A stretch of 32,488 bases of DNA from contig JALWTZ010000003.1 of the NCBI GenBank assembly GCA_026993285.1, forward strand, positions 1 to 32,488, given 5' to 3'. The notes under the pieces were generated by a model. That model ran no database searches and had not been told where the DNA came from. It saw only the letters and a list, made by a program, of their open reading frames with translations. Below, piece by piece: positions 28,053 through 32,488 of the stretch (position 1 is its first letter; the number at the start of each line of letters is the position of its first letter). The position numbers and the translations under genes were made by a program. The stretch comes from Lysobacterales bacterium. Its GTDB lineage: Bacteria > Pseudomonadota > Gammaproteobacteria > Xanthomonadales > S139-57.

Positions 28053-28056
28053 AATT

Positions 28057-28755
28057 CTAAGCTGAAAACAAGAATAACGGCATCAATAACGCAACTACCA
28101 TCATCAATACGTCAACAGGAGTGATACCTTCATTTAGACTACCCTCACCTCGAATACTTGTGACGTTCTTTATCTCTACTGCGTCTGCATATGTTCTTGT
28201 AAACCGAATAACACTAGCCTCCAAGCTGATCAAAAACGGTACAGCATTTACGATTGGAGACAACCCCTTGTTGCGATAAGCATCTCTTGTTTCTGCCACT
28301 AACCTTCGCAAAGAGTACAGTGTCCGACCGAACCCTATAATGGCCGCACCAACGCCTCCTCCAAAGATATTTGACCAAAAATAGTAGTGCTGCATTACCG
28401 TTGAATTCCCAAACAGAATAACTGGAGATGAGAACAGAATGATTACCTGGAGCGCGAAAATAATATTATCATCGGTAATACTTTTTTGAGCATGAAGGGT
28501 TAAAATAACTTCACCAACTATGATCGCAACAATTATCAATGATAAAAATAGAGAAATTTTATTTACTGTTCGTCCAAACACAGCGATAACAATCAGTATG
28601 GTCAAATACACTACACAATCCGAAATGCTATTTGCCCACAAAACAGTCCAGAAAGCAGTCAACATTACATATTTAACAAGCGGTGTTGAAAGCGCCAATA
28701 TTGTACTTTGTTTTAGATCAAATTCCTTTTCTATCTGCTTAATTAGCTGCTGCAT
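28057..28755 (-). CDS. ECF transporter T-component-like membrane protein
   Basis: Several TM segments; RDAYRNKGL and YADAVEIKN sit where EcfT carries its two xARG motifs. Confidence 0.6.
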   Translation of the reverse strand: MQQLIKQIEKEFDLKQSTILALSTPLVKYVMLTAFWTVLWANSISDCVVYLTILIVIAVFGRTVNKISLFLSLIIVAIIVGEVILTLHAQKSITDDNIIFALQVIILFSSPVILFGNSTVMQHYYFWSNIFGGGVGAAIIGFGRTLYSLRRLVAETRDAYRNKGLSPIVNAVPFLISLEASVIRFTRTYADAVEIKNVTSIRGEGSLNEGITPVDVLMMVVALLMPLFLFSA

Positions 28756-28769
28756 TGTTACATACTCTC

Positions 28770-30170
28770 CTACAATCGAATTTCTTGAGTCGACAGCCTA
28801 GAAAACAACTCAGGTGTATGAGTGGCTACGACTATTGTGGAACCATTGTTTAAGTAATGTTGAATCAATTCATATACCGACCGTCTCTGATTCCAGTCTA
28901 AACATATGACAGGCTCATCCACGAATAGCACTGCTGGATAAACCAAGAAAGACAATAGCGACACTATTTTTTGCTGTCCAAAAGAAAGAGTAAGAGGGTC
29001 GCTTTCAAGATTAATGCCGAATGGCTTTAGTGCTCTTAAAGCAACATCTTGAACAGAATCGAATGATATTTTCATTGCCCTGTGTATAGACGTCATCTCA
29101 CGTTCTACTGTGTCTTCAGAAAATTGAAGACTGGGTATCTGCTGAATGTATGCTATATCAGATGGCAGTTTCGGCAATGTTGACCGATAGTCAGATCCAC
29201 GAAAGGAAATGCGCCCCTGATATTTTCTATGGAGAGTGCTTAGCATCTTAAAAAGAGTGGTTTTACCCGCTCCATTCTTTCCTGTTACCGTTACCAACTC
29301 GCCTTCTCTGATAGAAATATTTAATCCTGAAAATACAGTTGCCTCTGGTTGAGAATAATATGGTCCTAACAAATTCCCTTCTAGTAGTACATCTCCAGTT
29401 GTGTTGTTGTTCCTATCAACTGTCGGTGCGCTTCCTGTATAGAATTTCGCTTTAGCCTCCCCTAAAGTACTATATTCGTTTATGGTGCCATCATCGATGA
29501 CGAAGAACCTGTTTGGAGATGCTAGTTCAAATGCTTCTGGCTCATGGGTAGTGACCGCAGCAATACACTCTGGCTTGATCTTGCGATACGCAATCAAGGT
29601 CTCTATGAACTGCTGTTTATTACCACAGTCTAGCAACGCAGTTGGTTCATCAAAAAATAAATAATCTGGCGACTTTATAAATGAAGAAACAAGAGAAACC
29701 AACTGCTTAGTCCCTTCACTTAATTCGTCTATCTTGGAATGAAGCAGGTTATTGATCCCGTAATCATGCGCAAGTTTACTGATCCTTATAAATGCCTCTC
29801 TAGGTTCCAAGTTAGCAAGTCGGGCTGACAACAAAAATTCTTCAATTACGGATGTTGTAATAAAATTGTGATCAGGATATTGAAATATAACACTTGAACG
29901 CCCCCAGTAATTGCTGCAAATACGCTTGCTTTCTCTAGTGATATAATTACCATTAACACTCAGTTGACCGCTAAAGCTTGCTGACTTAAATCTGCTTAAA
30001 CATTGGATAGCACCACACAAGCTCAACAAAAGTGTTGTTTTTCCAATTCCATTCTTTCCCAAAAACAAAGCGAGGTCGCCGGGCTCAAGAGACAACTTAC
30101 TGGCCCGCAAGATGTTCTCTTCGTTGTCGTAACCAACACCATCGAATTCAAGCTTTATTCCAGCTTCCAT
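28770..30170 (-). CDS. Double-domain ECF-type ABC ATPase
   Basis: Two Walker A (GKNGIGKT, GKNGAGKT), EcfA-like Q-loop FQYPDHNF..SV.EE, signatures LSEG and LSFGQ, Walker B DEPT and DEPV, two H-loops. Confidence 0.88.
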   Translation of the reverse strand: MEAGIKLEFDGVGYDNEENILRASKLSLEPGDLALFLGKNGIGKTTLLLSLCGAIQCLSRFKSASFSGQLSVNGNYITRESKRICSNYWGRSSVIFQYPDHNFITTSVIEEFLLSARLANLEPREAFIRISKLAHDYGINNLLHSKIDELSEGTKQLVSLVSSFIKSPDYLFFDEPTALLDCGNKQQFIETLIAYRKIKPECIAAVTTHEPEAFELASPNRFFVIDDGTINEYSTLGEAKAKFYTGSAPTVDRNNNTTGDVLLEGNLLGPYYSQPEATVFSGLNISIREGELVTVTGKNGAGKTTLFKMLSTLHRKYQGRISFRGSDYRSTLPKLPSDIAYIQQIPSLQFSEDTVEREMTSIHRAMKISFDSVQDVALRALKPFGINLESDPLTLSFGQQKIVSLLSFLVYPAVLFVDEPVICLDWNQRRSVYELIQHYLNNGSTIVVATHTPELFSRLSTQEIRL

Positions 30171-30175
30171 GACAC

Positions 30176-30763
30176 TCAGTCTCCTGTAACGGAAAAATCA
30201 CGCGCAAGTTTTTTCATTCTCGGCGCAGTCTTTATTGCAAAATAAATGGAAATAAACCCCTCAATGACAAACACCGCTGTTATTGCGACAACAGCCTTAA
30301 CAGTAATATCAAATCCAGGCAACTTTAACCAATGCAGTAAAGCTAAAAACATAGCCATCATAACGGTAGTGTACAGAACAAACCCTATATACAACCCTCT
30401 ATTACTTCCCCTCGATAAATAAACTATGGCATCAAATACCAACCCTGCACTTACCCCTATAAGAACCTTGTAAGGTCCAGGAGGCCCCATTAAAAGTGTT
30501 GGGATAGCAGCCACCGAATAGAGGGTCCACATCACAGTAAATGTGCCATAACCTCTTGTAATCAAGAATGTGAGTGCGAGAAAGAACGGTACGGTAAAGC
30601 CTGTTACAATACCTGACAACCCAGGTATTGCGAAAATAGCAGATAAAGCTTGCCCGGAAACAAAATTAAGTACGTAAAGAAGAGCCGTATTTACTCCAGC
30701 CAACATCATGGCTCTTGGGTGTCTAGTAATTAGATTGCATTTTAAGTCTTTTGGATTACTCAT
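30176..30763 (-). CDS. ECF S-component-like membrane protein
   Basis: About 195 aa with 5-6 TM segments, G.FT..., AGLVFD; adjacent to the ECF ATPase and T genes. Confidence 0.6.
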   Translation of the reverse strand: MSNPKDLKCNLITRHPRAMMLAGVNTALLYVLNFVSGQALSAIFAIPGLSGIVTGFTVPFFLALTFLITRGYGTFTVMWTLYSVAAIPTLLMGPPGPYKVLIGVSAGLVFDAIVYLSRGSNRGLYIGFVLYTTVMMAMFLALLHWLKLPGFDITVKAVVAITAVFVIEGFISIYFAIKTAPRMKKLARDFSVTGD

Positions 30764-30774
30764 TGCTCCCGTCC

Positions 30775-31563
30775 TTATATAGCTGGTGATATTCTATATG
30801 CGCTTTGACATATATGCTCATTGCCATAAAATGAAGTCTCTATATCGGTGCATGACACGTCTGGAAATAGAGCATTAGAAACAAGCAATGCGCCGCCGAG
30901 AGTTTCTAGTATTGGCGCGTCTGATAATCGCGGATTGCCGCCATATCGAATAACGCAATCAACGCCATCAAGCATTTGTATATTTATATTTTTCCTGGCT
31001 AACTTTAAGTTTCTTGTTCCAGAGTAACCTAATAATATATTTAACTTTTTTATTTTATTTTGTTTTTTATTCGTTGCATGGACAAGAACATTGGCAAGTT
31101 TTCTTGTTTTATCAGGAAGGCCGCAAGTATCTCCAATAACTTCCACAACGCAATCCGTCAGATCCATTGATACAATTCGTTCCAGAAATTTATCAAGAGC
31201 ATTAAATATAGGATTTAGTTCGCCGTGCGATCTATAAAGGGTATGTTCTCCTATCAAATAAAAAGTAAATGTACGTACGTGGCCGCAACGAAGAAATGCT
31301 TCAACAAAAGTCAGTCCATTCGAGCTTGCAATATCGTACGCACAATCATAAGACACGCCATTCAACCTAGCCCAACGGCGATGACCATCTGGTATCAGCA
31401 TTATATGCTTGGGTTCAGGAATAATATTGACACTGATTGGCATTAGTTTTGGCTCGATTACTCCATGAGCAGAGCTTGATTCAGCCAGTGCTTCGCCGCC
31501 TCTTAGCGAAGGAACCAAATTGTTTGGTTTCAATATGGCGTTTTCTGAATCTACGAAATGCAT
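30775..31563 (-). CDS. Divergent cis-prenyltransferase (UppS-fold) protein
   Basis: PKHIMLIPDGHRRWA, LNILLGYSG, VDCVIRYGGNPRLS, LFPDV. Start may be ATG 31443. Confidence 0.85.
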   Translation of the reverse strand: MHFVDSENAILKPNNLVPSLRGGEALAESSSAHGVIEPKLMPISVNIIPEPKHIMLIPDGHRRWARLNGVSYDCAYDIASSNGLTFVEAFLRCGHVRTFTFYLIGEHTLYRSHGELNPIFNALDKFLERIVSMDLTDCVVEVIGDTCGLPDKTRKLANVLVHATNKKQNKIKKLNILLGYSGTRNLKLARKNINIQMLDGVDCVIRYGGNPRLSDAPILETLGGALLVSNALFPDVSCTDIETSFYGNEHICQSAYRISPAI

Positions 31564-31605
31564 AATTTATCTACCATCTTTGTTTTCTCGGCTCGCCCAT
31601 GTCTT

Positions 31606-31669
31606 CGCTAACGACTGGGCTCAGGGGCGTGCAGCGAAGCGGAGCGTCCCTTGCAGCCCTTTGTTATGT
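31606..31669 (-). repeat. attC site (64 bp)
   Basis: R'' ACATAAC (contains the stop), GGGCTGCAAGGGACGC/GCCCCTGAGCCC arms, R' GTTAGCG. Confidence 0.9.
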
Positions 31670-32284
31670 GTTGCTATAATCATCAAGCCAACTGGTGATA
31701 TGATGAATGACCTCCGGTATTGGCAATTCATCAATAGAATCGTGCCCATCTTCTTCAACAGCTTTATTGTAGAGATAAGCGTTAAAATCATTGAAACTCT
31801 GCCAAATCCCGTTTGCACTTGGACCTGTATTCAACTCTTCAGTTACTAGCCAATCTCTAACGGCTTTTGTTAGCTTCAATGGATCATCATCATGATTCTT
31901 AATATCAGAGCCTGATAAATCAGATAGCGCCGCTTGATACCTATACCTCTCTTTCTCAAGTATTAATATACGCTTATCTTTCCACTGTCCATCTTTTAGC
32001 TTTTGACATCCATAATCTATGCCTAACTCAAATGGCATATTCATTCGGTAGTATTCGTTTTCATTTTCCGAAACAATTCGTGACAAGTCATGAATTCCGA
32101 ATTTTGACGCTAGAATGAGTTGTAGAATTTTATCGATTCGAGTTTCACCGGAATCAGAACGCTCAAGAGATAATCTAGGGTTAAACCCTAGATACTTTAC
32201 CACAAAGATTACTGCAATCAATAGCTGCCGGTAATCGTCATCAAATGGACAATTGACGAAGATATTTTTATTAAACTCATCCAT
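31664..32284 (-). CDS. TIR/nucleoside-2-deoxyribosyltransferase-like protein
   Basis: IFVNCPFD, RIDKI..I..SKFGIHDLS, NMPFELG (conserved Glu), SDLSG.DI..H. Confidence 0.6.
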   Translation of the reverse strand: MDEFNKNIFVNCPFDDDYRQLLIAVIFVVKYLGFNPRLSLERSDSGETRIDKILQLILASKFGIHDLSRIVSENENEYYRMNMPFELGIDYGCQKLKDGQWKDKRILILEKERYRYQAALSDLSGSDIKNHDDDPLKLTKAVRDWLVTEELNTGPSANGIWQSFNDFNAYLYNKAVEEDGHDSIDELPIPEVIHHITSWLDDYSNT

Positions 32285-32287
32285 GAA

Positions 32288-32488
32288 TTACCTCTTGTCT
32301 TTAGGAGGGTAAGGGTCTTTCCCATAACTATCTTTAGCCCGAATTCTCCCATCTTTTCCATGAATGTAGAATTCTGCCTTCTGATTCTTCGCCACTTCCC
32401 TCCCATAATTAATTGCTTCTTGCTGTGTATCAAAGTGTTTAGATGCTCTTGATGCTCCTCCTTTTTTAACATCCCAACCACCTTTTGA
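32288..32488 (-). CDS. DUF2188 family protein (5' end outside the window; missed by the ORF track)
   Basis: Manual translation: ...SKGGWDVKKGGASRASKHFDTQQEAINYGREVAKNQKAEFYIHGKDGRIRAKDSYGKDPYPPKDKR*. Confidence 0.88.
   Translation of the reverse strand, partial: SKGGWDVKKGGASRASKHFDTQQEAINYGREVAKNQKAEFYIHGKDGRIRAKDSYGKDPYPPKDKR

Larger units (their letters stand above)
25434..32488 (-). mobile_element. Integron gene-cassette array (distal end; intI/attI presumably beyond 32488)
   Basis: Co-oriented AT-rich ORFs, each unit followed by a RYYYAAC...GTTRRRY imperfect palindrome. Cassette ends are complementary: GTTCGAC/GTCGAAC, GTTAGGC/GCCTAAC, GTTAGCGAA/TTCGCTAAC. Confidence 0.92.

Noticed and set aside
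31502-31510. CTTAGCGAA resembling the cassette-end sequence
   Set aside because: Lacks the AAC/GTT core and any attC arms; likely chance.
25434-31669. Intergenic palindromes as CRISPR, REP or terminators
   Set aside because: They are not identical repeats and are separated by whole genes; they show attC box architecture.
32218-32481. 87-aa minus-strand ORF
   Set aside because: Alternative frame of the DUF2188 gene; it overlaps the next CDS.

Overview
GC-rich gammaproteobacterial-like chromosomal segment (1 to ~25.4 kb) followed by the distal end of an AT-richer integron cassette array (~25.43 kb to the window end, minus strand, integrase not in window). The backbone carries a DUF2868/GTPase pair, a rubrerythrin-FeS oxidoreductase-DUF3501 cluster behind an OxyR-like box and structured leader, ilvD-ilvA, a secreted fibre-like cluster (small protein plus two paralogues with a shared N-domain and unrelated heads), an M23 peptidase, sdaA, ubiE, polA, TRAP dctQM and an FMN reductase. 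The array has six attC-like sites: three intact, three decayed toward the distal end. Its most striking element is one ~3.65-kb, four-gene cassette encoding a divergent cis-prenyltransferase plus a complete ECF-type transporter. Other cassettes encode a TA pair, an Mrr-like nuclease, a DUF2188 + TIR/NDT-like pair, a VOC protein and a hypothetical protein. All family calls are by motif recognition by eye, not database searches.
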